Notes under the pieces: model-generated
Told to the model about the DNA's origin: nothing
Seen by the model: the letters and a program-made list of their open reading frames with translations, nothing else
The model's database searches: none
Part shown: one piece after another, positions 25,105-38,675 of the stretch
Layout of the letters: every line of letters starts with the position of its first letter
Position numbering within the stretch: the stretch's first letter is position 1
Source: Mobula hypostoma
Taxonomy: Eukaryota
Length of the DNA stretch: 64,000 nt
NCBI RefSeq assembly: GCF_963921235.1
Contig: NC_086107.1
Coordinates: 110,238,001-110,302,000 of the forward strand
Direction of reading: 5' to 3'
Position numbers and translations under genes: made by a program

Positions 25105-25930
25105 AGGGGAGGAGCTTAGGAGGAGACAATGGCGCCTAATGGCGGTTCCTTTGCTCGCATCTTCGGAAACAGCTATTTCCATCTTTAATAAATCCATTTT
25201 TTCCCTTTCAGGGTTCTTTTGAAGACCCTGACCTGGAGTTACAAGCTGACTTTGGTTCTATGTAGGAATGGGACCTGCTCTCGAGGTTTCACGACTGGCC
25301 GTTATTCGATATGCCAAGGATGCGGTCTAGGAGATTAGTTCATCTTCGGAGATCCAGGATCTCATGGCTCTAGAGACGGGCAGACCAAAGGTCGGTGTCA
25401 CTACAGGAATCTGGTCTGTTGTGGGAGACAGAAGATCGAAAGCAGGGGGCTGGCTGCTGGCTGTGTGCCCAGAGACCTGAGTTCTGTGGCACAGAGCTCG
25501 GAAAAAAGACACGCAACGGGCTTTTAACATTGTAACTCAGCAAGTTGTTTGTTATGTCTCTCCTCTCACTGTGAAACGAAGACACCTCTTTCTCCCTTTT
25601 AGGAAGAGAGAGAGAGAGAGCCTGTGGTATGTCAAATACCAAGTGAATGAGTAGTCTTCAGGATACTGCAAGTCTGTGCCTTTGCTGATGCTTAGCCGCA
25701 CACTTGAGGGCTCGGTGGCGGGTGCCGATGCTTTTTTTTGCAAGTGGAGGGGGGGTGTTTACCGCTTTGCTGTTGCTTACGTGTGGGAGGAGGGAACTGG
25801 GGGGGGTTTGGGGGTTCTAACATTTAACTGTCATTCATTCTTTGGGGGCACTCCTCTGTTTTCGTGGATGTTTGTGAAGAAAAAGTACTTCAGGATGTAT
25901 ATTGTATACATTTCATGTACCTTTGAAACT
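25105..25930 (+). mobile_element. Unclassified non-coding interspersed repeat, probably a non-autonomous retroelement
   Basis: GC/CpG-elevated block beginning ATGGCGCC with a LINE-like 3' end (TGTATATTGTATAC...TTTGAA). No credible ORF. Confidence 0.4.
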
Positions 25931-26027
25931 GGGATTAAATAGAAGACTCACTGGGCACCAAGCACAAGAATCAAAAAATCATTTAAACTTTAAACGAAGT
26001 GGCAGAATGAATCAAGAGCTGTTTTAC

Positions 26028-26143
26028 CTGCGACATTGCACATTGCCAGAAGAACAAACGGGGGGATTTTGGGATTTGCTGGGAGAGTTGGGTTGCGTAG
26101 TCTGAACTCCAGATGATTGCTGAGGTATCGAGATGGAAATATT
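26028..26143 (-). CDS. ATF7IP: ATF7IP coding exon (NISISIPQQSSGVQTTQPNSPSK...VQCR)
   Basis: ttctgttcttcccag| acceptor, CAG|gtaaaa donor; 116 nt, phase 0-2. It supplies the phase required by the next exon. Not in the ORF track. Confidence 0.8.
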
Positions 26144-26288
26144 CTGGGAAGAACAGAAATTAGTAAGAATACATGCTCCCAAGTCGATATTCTATTCCCT
26201 CAAAACACGAGCGAATAACAAGTTTCTGGAACATCAAATGGTTCGTTTAAATAACTTACACTGTACCAACTGCCCTTAATAGTATCCA

Positions 26289-26510
26289 AGCAACATACAT
26301 CAAAGTTGCTGGTGAACGCAGCAGGCCAAGCAGCATCTATAGGAAGAGGCGCAGTCGACGTTTCAGGCCGAGACCCTTCGTCAGTCCTGACGAAGGGTCT
26401 TGGCCTGAAACGTTGACTGCGCCTCTTCCTATAGATGCTGCTTGGCCTGCTGCGTTCACCAGCAACTTTGATGTATGTTGCTTGAATTTCCAGCATCTGC
26501 AGAATTCCTG
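26289..26510. mobile_element. Penelope-like terminal fragment as an inverted repeat, with hammerhead motif
   Basis: ~98-bp near-perfect inverted arms centred at 26385-26386. 13-bp TSD TTAATAGTATCCA (26276-26288, 26511-26523). Confidence 0.75.
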
Positions 26511-28263
26511 TTAATAGTATCCAGTTGGTTTGTGAAGAAAAGCAGTTCTAGTACTAATGGATTTGAAATGACCAGCCTCTCTGCGGCCCACCAAAAGAAA
26601 CCTTCTGCTCTTTAACAAAAATTAAAGAAGCATAGATTCGGTACAGTACAGGAGGAGGAAATCAACTGGTTCCTGAGTCCACACTGGCTCATTGTGCACA
26701 ATTCCTTTAGTCATATTACTCCACTCTTTCGTCTTAGCCCTGAAAGTTAGGGTTTCTCTCAAATGCCACATCAATTTACCCTGGAAAGTCTTGATCAACT
26801 CTGCTTTCACCACACTTACAGACACACACTTCCCGATTATAATCACTCTGCATGAACATATTTTCCACACATTCCGAATCATCACTCTTGGAAGTAGTGT
26901 CCAGCCCTCATACTCTAATGGGTACAGTTTTAAAAAAATTAATTTTACATATACTTTTCTTACTGTAATTTTTTTGTATTTTTATGCATTACACTGTACT
27001 GCTGCCGCAAAACAACAATTTCATGACACGTACCAATGATATTAAATCCATTTCTGAGCTTGAATTCTCTAAATGCTGTAAACTGTTATATTTCTGAAAC
27101 CTTTATTTTATCCACTAGTGTTTCATTTCTCAGGTTTAATTAATGTCAAAGACTAGAATTTGTAAAGAAACAAATCCTAGTGACAAACTGGAGAGCAAGG
27201 CCAGCATGCATCTACTCTATGCTAACATAGTTTTATTCAGCAGAATGTGGGAATATTGAAGGCATTTATTAATGTGCTAATTTAAGATTTCAGTGTTGCA
27301 GATCAATAAAAAGTGGGAATCTGCAAAGATATGGAGTGTTCTGAACAGAAATGCACACAAAAAAAAAATTGTTTACATACAGAGATGTTTACTGCTAATG
27401 AGACTACCAGCCAAATGGCAAATAACTGCTGTGGACAACATCCATGAAAGATAAAAAGCTAAAGAAAGAATGTTAAAGAATATTAAATGATAGTGCATTT
27501 ATCATATGGCAAAAAGGTTCACGTTTAGAGGACACAAGCAAGACAATGTATTAAAGAATATTGGTGCAGTGATTTTTTAAATTCTTTTCTCTCCCTGGTC
27601 AACTGAAGAACATGATATGCAGATAACTTCACTGCAAGTGACAAGTGTTAACTTCAAGTACAAAAGCAGTTATTAAGTTTCTTTCCAAGTATTCTACCGT
27701 GTGAATGCTTGGCATTTTTCAATTCCACAGGTGCAATCTTAAGTCTCATTAGCACATCAAACCTTACCAGATGGAACAAAAATACGTCCATTCCCAAAGG
27801 AACATAATGTAGAATTAGAACTGATAGAAGCACAACCATGCGTTCTAAGAATCACAATGTCATGTAACACTTTAATAATTTCCTGTTAAGGGGAGCTACA
27901 ATTGATTAGTAGGGGTGTCAAAGTTATGGAGAGAAGGCAGGAGAATAGGTTTCAGAGGAAAAATAAACCGGCCACGACTGAATAGTGAAACAGACTCGAT
28001 GGGATGAATGGCTTAAATCTGATCCCATGTCATATGATCTAAAATAAGAGTTGCATCAGGAGATGTACATGAGTGGAACACAACTGAGAAATAATTTGTG
28101 AACAGATCTGCATAATAAAAGCAGAGTCAATTATACAGGATTTCCACTTATTATTTAATATGTGATTCAAGCCTTTAACAGAAAACAATACAATTCTGAT
28201 AACAATGAAGAATTACGGAAGATGATCAACCTTTGCGAATTTGGTTAAAGTCAGAATACAGAA

Positions 28264-30236
28264 CAGCCTTTCTCAACCTTCTTAGCATGGAGTAATTTTC
28301 AGGTCTCAGCGAACCCCTGCATAAAATTTATTGTATCTACGGCTCATGGTACGTCAACATGATCAATAAGCTGAGTAATCCAAAAATAATTGTCAATGCT
28401 GTTTTGAGTAGAGAATGGATTTTTAGCCAAACTTTCCTGGGGAAAAAAAACAGGTAGTTAAGTTTAGCTTACCTTTCTTGAAATTAATCTTTCTTTCCCC
28501 TTAATAAATTTTTAAAACTCATAAGGCAAACATAACAAGTTTCTTTTAAAGAACTGGCTTAAGCCAAAATGGGATTTAATTTTTCTAAAGGTAGGCTCAG
28601 AAGATTTAATTTAAATAAAGGTTGTAAATTGATTTTAATTTTGCTATTTACAACATGAAAATTTATTTGCAATGTTGAAGCAGTGTGTTGCGACGATATC
28701 AGGATTTTCCCTTTTTTAAAAAAAAGATAAATGAAACCTCTCATGGAACCAACCATTGAATGGGGCACCATCAGTACAGGTGCCAACACAGATCCTCCAA
28801 GACAGACCTTTTGTTTCCAGATATAAACACCAGACATTAAATATATCTTGGCCTTTAATTGTTTCGGGTTTCTCTTTGCAACAGAAAAAAGCTTTCTTCA
28901 ATTTCACCATCATTTACAAATCTTACAAAAGCTACATGATATTTATTGGTGAAATATGTTGACACATCAAACTGGATAGAGAAGCTGTTGTTTTTCAGTT
29001 TATCACACTAAGCCTCTTCAGCATCATGTGACATGTCAATACGTCAACTGTTTGAGAGTGAAACGTTTTCAATTTCTCATACTGCATCTTGACCTAGTAT
29101 TTTATCCACTATAATTTTACAGGCTGTCATTATTAGGTCCTCACCAACTGTGCGACTGTTCCTTTTCTGGGTAATAAGTCTGCTACTAAATAACTTGCTT
29201 CCCGCTTCCTTTTACTGACTATGACTTTATTAACAAAAGCTTTAAAAGATTTGTTTTGAGATTCCAATAGCCATTTAGAATAATCAGCACTTTTACATGT
29301 CATATGGCTGTGATTTGTAGTTAAGTGTCCTTTCAATTTTGCTGGAGCCATTGCTGCATTTGTAAGTTAATTTGCACAGACTAGGCACCATGGAATAGGA
29401 CAACTTGGATCACCAGCCCATGTAAAAGCCATTGATAAGTAGCTTTCATTGTAAAGACGCACTGTATAATAAGAAGGGCATAATGAACAATCAAATGAGA
29501 AAACTGTAAAAAAATACAAAAGCTTCACAATACAATTCACTTCTAACCACCTTTTGCAATGTTTACAACAACAGCAAAGTGGCAGGCCAGCAGCTGAGTC
29601 ATGGCGCATAAAAATTCCTTCTTTAGAATAAAAATTTCCCTCCAATTTTCTACTGCACCAGTTGTTTGTTTGCTCCCATAAGTCAGTTCGCGGTGCACAA
29701 GGGGAAGTTGGGGAAGTAATTCGGGAGGGAGAGGCTGACGTCACAGCCCAAGTTGGGGGAGCCCTTTCAATGCTCGGAAAACGCACCTCAAGCTCATCAA
29801 CCTACCGTCTTCCTCTCCGTGCAATACAGTGCTCACAATCAGCCTACTGTGCTCTCTTCCTCTCCGTGCAATACAGTGCTCACAATCAGCCTACTGTGCT
29901 CTCTTCCTCTCCGTGCAATACAGTGCTCACAGTCAGCCTACTGTGTTCTCTTCCTCTCCGTGCAATACAGTGCTCACAATCAGCCTACTGTGCTCTCTTC
30001 CATGCAGTGCAGCGATCATCAATTAACCAATTATCAACGACCTCCCCAATCTCACATCAAAACCTGAGAATAAATAATACTCTGCGCTGCCATACTAGGC
30101 TGAGACCTCTGAGATTGCTAAAGGGGCTGCTTGGTCACTGCCCACCGCTGCGAGCACTAGCATTGCTCGGAGTTAAAAAAAAATGTTAATTTTGTTTAAT
30201 CACGAGATCTCACAGAACCCTGGTTGAGAAACCACG
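28264..30236 (-). mobile_element. hAT (Charlie/Buster-type) transposon remnant
   Basis: Termini CAGCCTTTCTCAACC / GGTTGAGAAACCACG. Fragments YNESYLSMAFT...CLVC, MAPAKLKGHLTTNH (BED-like finger) and CVGTCTDGA. Frameshifted. Confidence 0.8.
29808..30001 (+). repeat. 47-bp minisatellite, four copies plus a partial one
   Basis: Unit TCTTCCTCTCCGTGCAATACAGTGCTCACAATCAGCCTACTGTGCTC starts at 29808, 29855, 29902 and 29949. Confidence 0.95.
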
Positions 30237-30409
30237 CCAGGATTTACACAACTTCTTCACAAAAAACCTTCAAGCTTTCTTCACAGTTATGGTTTACAAA
30301 CTAGGATTATACAGATCTGATTTTGCTAGCTGTCAGATTATTGTTTTTACAAAATGACATATTGCTCCAATTGATGTATACTGAAGTTTTCCATCAATGA
30401 AAGTACTGT

Positions 30410-30850
30410 TTATGGTTGAGTTGAGTTGTTCTCCGAACTTGGCAATCTATTTGCAAACGTTTTGTCACGGTACGAGCAGACATCATCAGTGCACTGTTCC
30501 CTTTTGGAGTGTCCTCTGAACACCTGGAACTTATCAATCAGTTGATTGGTTGTCATTACAGAAACTCAACTGTGACATAGGGAGGGGGGGGGGTCTTGTC
30601 ACTAATTGGTTGCATGGAGAACTCTGCACTGTCAGGAATTTTGCCTGCATTGACTTATAAATGAGATCGAGAACTACATGTCTGTTTATAGAATTGTTTA
30701 TGGAAAACCACGTTTCTAGGAATTCTCTTCCACGCTGTGTGTTTGCTGCTTATCATTGGCTGGTTCAAAAACATGGTCTCACATCCATAACAATTCATAG
30801 GAATCCGAGGAAAACCTAGGCTAAAGTGTTCAGTACTAGCCACAAGCTCT
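30410..30850 (-). mobile_element. Penelope-like element 3' fragment (second family)
   Basis: Degenerate hammerhead motif at 30452-30493 and a (CAACT)n tail on the minus strand. Confidence 0.5.
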
Positions 30851-31813
30851 ACTCCTGAGCACTGCCTTCATTCCTCTCTCTACCATATCTTTAAACAAAG
30901 TAGTTCATACATTGGTTCCATATTTGACTGATGTGCCATTGCTCAGGCAACACAATTCCGCCTAGTGTTTCTAGATTACGTTACTTATAGTACTAATAGT
31001 AAAAGAGGCAAACTGAAAGGCTGCCAAAAAAAGATAAGCACTATCACGTCATGATTATGAGAAATGAACAGCGTAACAGCTCCGCTCCTCATTAATCCTG
31101 AATTGAGATGGCAGAGAATGCGATAAAATGTTGGTAGAGAAGAACTGTGTGACACAATAAACATTCAGAGAAAGACAGAACAGAAATTGCTTAGACATTA
31201 AATGCAATGCGATTCCCAATCCTGCAACTGCTGGTAAGAAAGTAAAACAGTATCACTAGGAAAGCAGGTAGTGCCATCAGAGCAGCCCAAATTCTGTGGT
31301 TTTGAAGATTTTACGTATAGTGTTTTTTTGGTGGGGGGAGGAGGATCTGGATGGCACTTGCAAGGCCATTTTTAATTGATAAAATTTGACACCGATATTA
31401 TCATGAATTAATCTTGAAACTTTCATTGAGCAGCAATGAAGGGTCAACTATATTGAGATATGGAGGTTTAAGCAAATAGTTTTGCTGTACAACAATTTCT
31501 GTTGATTTCAGCAGATATGGCATCTTTCAATAGGAATAAAATTCAGCTTCTAAAAAAAAGGCCAGTATCCAATGTACAATTTTCGCATGGCATAGGGGCA
31601 TGGTTTGTCAAATTAAATTGTGCGCTATCTACCCCTGCACCAAAATACAAAATCAATATATAGATTTATAATGCTGAAGTTGATGACATAAATATTCTGC
31701 TGGAATGGAAGCTGAATGTTCATTCCTGTTCATATATTCGATTTTTGCTGAAATTAGCATAAGTTATTGGACAGCAACGCTAACTGCTTAAACCTCCTTG
31801 GTCAATAAAAATA

Positions 31814-32313
31814 CATTCAGTGGTAGCCACTTTATTAGGTACGTTCAAGGTCTTTTGCTGCTGTAGCCCATACACTTCAAGGTTTGATACATTGTGTGTT
31901 CAGAGATGCTCTTCTGCACACCACTGTTGTAAGATAATGTCACCTTCCTATCAGCTTGAACCAGTCTGGCCATTCTCCTCTGACTTCTCTCATTAACAAG
32001 CTGTTTCGCCTACAGAACTGCTGCTCACTGGATTTTTATTTTGTTTTTCACACCATTCTCTGTAAACTCTATACTGTTGCGCATGGAAATCCCAGGAGAT
32101 ATGCAGTTTCTGAGATACTCAATCCACCCTGTCTGGCACCAATGGTCAAAGACACTTAGATCACATTTCTTCCCCAATCTGATGGCTGAACAACTGAACC
32201 TCCTGACCATGTCTGAGTGATTTTATGCATTGAGTTGCTGCCATATGATTGTTTGATTAGATCTTTGCATTAACGAGGTATACAGGTGTACCTAATAAAG
32301 TGGCCAATGAGCG
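31814..32313. mobile_element. Tc1-like non-autonomous element
   Basis: TIRs ...GCCACTTTATTAGGTAC / GTACCTAATAAAGTGGCC..., flanked by TA. Confidence 0.75.
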
Positions 32314-34974
32314 TATAGTGACCTTTGATGAAAGTTTCAAGGTTGATACTACTGTGAATTAAGTGTCAAATTTTAATTACTATTTTAATGGTATCGCCAT
32401 AGTTTTTATTTGCCTTATTCAAACTGACACTGTTGAGACAGAATGCATCCATCGATAATTCTGTAGCCCTTTTGAATAATGTATCACAATTCTTCACAAA
32501 CACACTACTAAAGCAGGATTTAATGTTACCACATAATACTACAGTATCAATTTACAATGAGAGCATTAAGTATTCATTTTTTAAATTTCTTATGCAGCAA
32601 ATTCTGTGGACACTGGTCCTGTTACTATTCAAAACAAAAGCTAAAGTGGTTGCACGTAAGAACAGTGTGAACAGCTCATAAGCACGAGATTCCGCAGATG
32701 CTGGAAATCCAGGTCAGGCAGCATCAATGGAGAAGGAGAGAGAGAACGCCAGAACAGTTCATGCCTGTTTTGCAAACAAAATGATGACATGGAATAATCC
32801 TGGCTCCACAAACTCAGCAGGGATTTTCACCCAGGATGAGCAACTTTTTGACACAATCTACCCAGCTACAATTTGCTACTAAATCTGTATTAGATAGAAA
32901 AACTTGTACCTCTCAGAAGCCTAAGTATTGTACAAACAAAAACAAAACCAGATCCTGTAATTAAATTTCATCTCTGAAGTACACAGCAGTTTTAAACTGT
33001 GTACTTGTTTAATATCCAACAAGGTTTTACCAAGTATTTTGTGTTTATGCCAGAACAATAACTGGACTTAGGCTTTGAGAAATGTACTGTGACTCCACTA
33101 AGTAAATTTCCATTGACCAAGCATGGATCGCTCACAAATGTGCTTCCTCACAATTAGTACCTCTTACTATGTGCTCAACAAGAATCAGGGAGGAATCACT
33201 TGAAGAACTAAATTGTTCATCTTTTGCTTTAAGTTTTATAATGTGACTATGCATCTGGTGTTTCAATAAGTTCAGTTGAGGATGCTGGTTCAAACAAGCA
33301 TTTCTTAATCACTCAAGATTTTTACTAATAAGTTCCTCAATAGGTTCTCCAACTAATTAAATAACCAGCATGCCCTCACCGACAACCACGAAAATTGAGA
33401 AGGGTGATCAAATTGCTTTTAATAGCAAGTTTCAACATCACCTGACAACTCAATACTTGACAAGCTACTTCACATAAAAATTACAGTCTTATGAAGATCA
33501 GTCCAAATTCTGATCACTTCTGGGTTCCCCTGATGCAACAGATCAGGTGTGAGATGCTCACAAGGCCATCAACTAAAGTTAACCGTTTTCAACTGCTTCT
33601 GAATGCATGTACTGAATGTTAATTGTATCATATTCTATTGATTTGGTAGCAAGCTTCTAGAATATGGTCAACACAAAAATGAAATACCTGTATTATCAAA
33701 TGATTTACCAGTTCTTGTTATTTCCTTTCTAAATCTACAATAAAAGTTCAGCAAGTTAGATGACTGCAAATCCAGTGAAGCCAGATACTCACTGATAATT
33801 GTATATTACATTGTATTCTTGAGGTAAAAAACAACAAAGGCCAGTGATTGGATAAGCAGCAAACGTAGTTATTTGATAGTTATCTATACCACTACTGAGA
33901 AGTGATGAACAAACATGCCTACATGTACACAAGAAATTCTGTAGATGCCAAAGTAGCACACACTAAATGCCGGTGGTGGGTAGGAAAAGTAAAGGGCTGG
34001 AGAGGAAGCAATCTGATAGGGGAGGAAAGTGGACCATAGGAGAAAAGGAAGGAAGAGGGGACCCAGGGGAAGGCAGTATAGATAGGTGAGAAGCAGTAAG
34101 AGGCTAGAGTTAGGAATAGAAAAAGAGGGCAGGGGGAGGATTTTTTTTTAAATGGAAGGACAAGTTCTGACCGTGGGAGCAAGTCTGGGTGAGTACATGG
34201 TCGAAGAGTCGGAGGGCAGCAGAGATCATAGAGGGGGAGCAGCAAATCGTGCGTTATTTTAAAATATTAAAGTGTAGTGAGAAATACCAATCTAGATCTC
34301 AAAATTCCACCATATTTAGAAGCAAATACTAAATATTTTCAAACAGTTCATTTAGTAGATTAAATGACAAATTATTCCGCTATTATTGATTGACTGCAAA
34401 CAAGTCCACTAATCACTCATTTAAAAAAAATCTTCTATTGAAACTTAGATGTTTTAAATTTTATTCCATTTTGAGCTGGAAATACTGGACCATGAAAACA
34501 ACAGTTTAAAAATGCAAGAACACTCAGACCTATATAAGCCACCTGCTTCAGTACCTGGTCTTCGCCACTAGAGACCCTCCATGAGCCATGGTGACAATTA
34601 AGGGATCTGCCGCAGTGATAAGACACGTTTGAGGGATGTGATCTAATAAATCTGAGTTTTTCACTGCCTGGTCGATACCAAGCATTCAGAAAGTTAGCAT
34701 GAAGAAACTGGGTGGGGGTTTTAAACCATCTATTGATAATGAATCTGGGCTGATAACTTCCAAGATCTGAGCTGCTGCTCTGAATGGTTTCACACAGTTC
34801 AATGAACCTACATTATTCTGGAAGAAAATTACATAAATCTTGGCCACACCCATACCAGCTGAACCTTCAACAAAGAAAAACAATTTTCTACCCATTTAGA
34901 AAATAATTCACACAAATCTGCCTCATCTCAATTTCTCCTTTCCAACCAAACATCTCATTATGGAACCAAGCAAC

Positions 34975-37945
34975 AATCATCATCATCATCACAGCTTGTC
35001 ACACCAGCCAACCAGCCACTCTAGTATTGTTCCAGTATACTGAGGATTCATCACACTCACAGGATTCGCTGGTCTTTAAACCCCACTTCACCATATTGTC
35101 TCCCGTCCTACAAACTCCCACTCTCGCTCCGTTGAGAGTGCACCACTTCCGTCTGTCAAGCAGTGCCCCGTCTGGCAACATTTCTGTGGGGTCTTGCACT
35201 GTATTGTCTGGTGGGGTTCTGGCTTCTGTTTATTGCCAGAGGTTGATCCTGTAACGTTTGGGGGGGGTATGTTCCGTGCTGTAGTAAAGCTTTTCCTCGA
35301 TTTTAGGCGGTTGGAAACTGGCACATGATGATGTAGTGGGTGCCGTGGATCCGAGTTCTGTTTACCTTTTACAATTTTTGTTGTAGTGTGTCTTCGGATC
35401 TCTGGGGGAACAATGCCTGCAAGTCTGTATATGATGTTACTGGGTGTGGGGTGCGGTGTGCCCGTGATTATTCGGCAGGTTTCGTTAAGCAATGGGTCTA
35501 TTTTCTTCACAGGGGCTGATCTGCCCCACACAGGTGCACAGTATTCTGCAGGTGCATAGCAGAGTGCTAGGGCAGTTGATCGAAGTGTGTGAGCATTAGC
35601 TCCCCATTTCGTGCCTGCTAATTTTTTCAAGAGAGAATTGCGAGAGCCAACTTTCCCTTGGAGTTTTTGGATGTGGGCAGCAAAGGTAAATTGGAGTCGG
35701 ATGGTGTTCGAGCTCCTTCCCACACCAGAAGATCTTGAGTTTCCGAGCTGCTACTCGATTCCTCAGGTGGAATGCACACACTTGAGTTTCTGATGGATTT
35801 GGGTTCAGAGACTATTTTTCGTAATACTGCTTCATTGCTTTGAGGACTGCTGTAAGTTGTACTTCAATTTCTTGGAAGGAGTTAGCTTGTGTTGCTATGC
35901 ATAGGTCATCTGCATAGATAAACCTGCGCGTGTTAGGAAAAGTTGGTTGGTCGTTTGTGTAAACATTAAATAGTAGAGGTGCCAGGACTGATCCCTGTGG
36001 TAGTCCGTTCTTTTGTGGACACCACCTACTCTTAATTCCATTCATTTCTACATAAAATCTATGATTTTCTAGGAGGCTTCTTATTACTTTGACTGTGGTT
36101 TCGTTCTTCAACGTTTTAGATAATTTCAGTAGAAGGCCTCTGTGATTCAGTGTCCTATGCTGCTATTAAGTCAACGAATACTGCCCTTGTAATTTGTCGC
36201 GTTTCAAAGCCATCCTCAATACTGGATTAAGTTCAGGACTTGACCACAGCAAGAGCAGCCTGGCCTGAACCCGGCTATGTCTGGTGTTAGAAGATCTTCG
36301 ACTAAGGGGGATATTCCTTTCAGTACGAGTCTTTTGTAGAGTTTATAGAGGGTGCAGAGCAAGGAAATCGGTCTGTAATTTTTAGGAATGCTGGGGTCTT
36401 TATTGGGTTTTAGGAGAGCAACAACTTTGGTTCTTCTCCACTTTTTAGGTATTTTTAATAATCTTAGGCAACAGTTAAAAAGGGATAGAAGCCAGTGGAG
36501 TGCTTTAGGTCAGTGGTCCCCAGGTACCGGGCCGCGAGGAAACAATATGATTTGGCGATATGAAACGATACAAGTCAGCTGCACCTTTCCTCATTCCCTG
36601 TCACGCACTGTTGAACTTGAACATAGGGTTGCCAACTGTCCCGTATTAGCTGGGACATCCCGTATATTGGGCTAAATTGGTTTGTCCCATACGCGACCGC
36701 CCTTGTCCCGTATTTCCCCTGCTAAAGTAGAGCGTTCCTATGAAACCATTTGTAAACCGAAATGGCGTAAAGCGAAGAAGCAATTACCATTAATTTATAT
36801 GGGGAAAATTTTTGAGCGTTCCCAGACCCAAAAAATAACCTACCAAATTATACCAAGTAACAAAAAACCTAAAATAACACTAACATATTGTAAAAGCAGG
36901 AATATGATATGATAAATACACAGCCTATATAAAATAGAAATAATGTATGTACAGTGTAGTTTCACTTAACAGAATCCGGAAGATTAAGCCAAAACCGATT
37001 TATAGGGAAAAAAAATTGGCACGTACACGCATGCGCACACAGGTGCCTACCCAAGGCTTCATGGTCATGGTAGTCTTTCTCGGGGTAAACACAAGTGTCC
37101 CGTATTTGACTGCTGCTTTTGTCCCTTATTTGGGAGTGAGAAAGTTGGCAACCCTACTTGAACACTCCCCCCCCCATCCCCACCCTGCAAGAATATTGTC
37201 AATATTAAACCAGTCCGCGGTGCAAAAAAGATTGGGGACCCCTGCTTTAGGTCCAAGATGTTTAAGGAATTCATTAAGAATCCCATCTGTGCCAGCAGCT
37301 TTGTTGGATTTTATATGTGATTACTTCATCCTTTAATTCTTCTAGGGTGAGAGGTGGGAAGTTGTTATTCCTGTTTGAGAGAGCTGACTCCATCTCCTGT
37401 GTTGCTTTTTCTTTTGCCTCCGTTCCTTGTTAGTTGGTGGGCCACCTGACTGGGTGTTATGGCAGCAATTCTCTGTGGTGGTCTATTGTCTGAGTTGAGT
37501 TTCCGAACAGTTGCCCATGCCTTCTTACTGTTCTTGGTCATGTCTGTGTTTTCTATCAGTTCCTGCCAATGCTGTTGTCCCTCTTGGCTCAGTAGGGACA
37601 GAACTGACTCTCCCATTTCAATTGTGTCTTGACCAAATGGGTCTTGGTGGTATAAGTTGACATACTCACCATAACTCTGCTTGATATCACTAGTCAATCC
37701 CTGAATATATTTGGTTCTGCAGCCTCTAGGTATGTTTTGCTGTGCTACTTTCCAGATTAGTCATACAAATTCATCATAATGATCAGGTTCTGGTGGTATG
37801 GGATCGGTAAGTTGATCAAGGGATTCTGCGAAAAATATCCAATTTGCTTTTCTCAGGTTAAATCTTGGTATGTACTGACGGTACAGGTCTCAGAACTGGA
37901 AGGGATTCTACCTGGACTGGACGATGTTGGGATTTGGGTATATGT
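34975..37945 (-). mobile_element. RTE-X-like LINE remnant (RT domain), interrupted by a hAT MITE
   Basis: KNGLPQGSVLAPLLFNVYTND, YADDL, WGANAHTLRSTALALCYAPAEYCAPVW and a (GAT)n tail. Frameshifted. Confidence 0.8.
36511..37244 (+). mobile_element. Composite hAT MITE (copy 2) with a nested second hAT element (36624-37156)
   Basis: Outer 8-bp TSD CTTTAGGT. Inner TIRs TAGGGTTGCCAAC / GTTGGCAACCCTA with 8-bp TSD CTTGAACA. Confidence 0.9.
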
Positions 37946-38675
37946 TGGAGGACTGTTTGTGTGAAGAGGTTGGAGGTTGCTCAGGTAACAAAGGTAAACA
38001 ATAATATAGGTAGGTCACCGTAATTGACCATGCCTGTTACTAAGTAAAGTAGCTCCAAGTTCAAAGTTAGTTTATTATTGAAGTACATACTTAAAGGACC
38101 TTATCTCCACCATCCACCTGTTGGAAACCACTGATTTTTTAAAATACTTTTTGTAAGATGAATCAATGTAAAACTAAAAGTTGTATATTAATTATTAGTA
38201 CTTTTTAACAAAATAATGTATTTTTCAAATTATGTGGTGTTCATCCCCACTTACTGGTAGAAAGCGGTATAGCAGTTAAGAAACTAATGGTTTATCACCC
38301 TTCTCATTTTTCACTGGCTAAGTATTAGCACATTACTTGTGTAATATAATTGTGCAACCACTGATTGGTTTATTCTTATCTAAGGAATTTCTGTTTTCTC
38401 AATTATAGAAGTGATGTATTTTTTCCAGAGATGCCATCTTTCCTTTTCTTTTTATCTTCACATTCTTTGCTGTCCATCCACCTCTCTGCTTTGTTTCTCA
38501 GCTTTTTATTTAGCTTGTTTAGTATTTGTATGTTTGTTTGTACTATAAAATAAATGATCCTTAAGAATTTAAGACTGTTCATCGTTCTCAACTCCTGGAA
38601 GAACCCCAAGGCTCAGAAAATAGAGAGAGATCCAACACCCCACATCATTAAACAACAAACCCATTTGGTACCAAC

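Noticed and set aside
29662..30189. 175-aa ORF or CRISPR-like array
   Set aside because: Produced by a 47-bp tandem repeat with no spacers.
34545..34895. Possible extra minus-strand ATF7IP exon
   Set aside because: Splice-like signals exist, but the frame has stops, I see no ATF7IP similarity, and exons 38676 and 26143 join in phase without it. A poison exon cannot be excluded.
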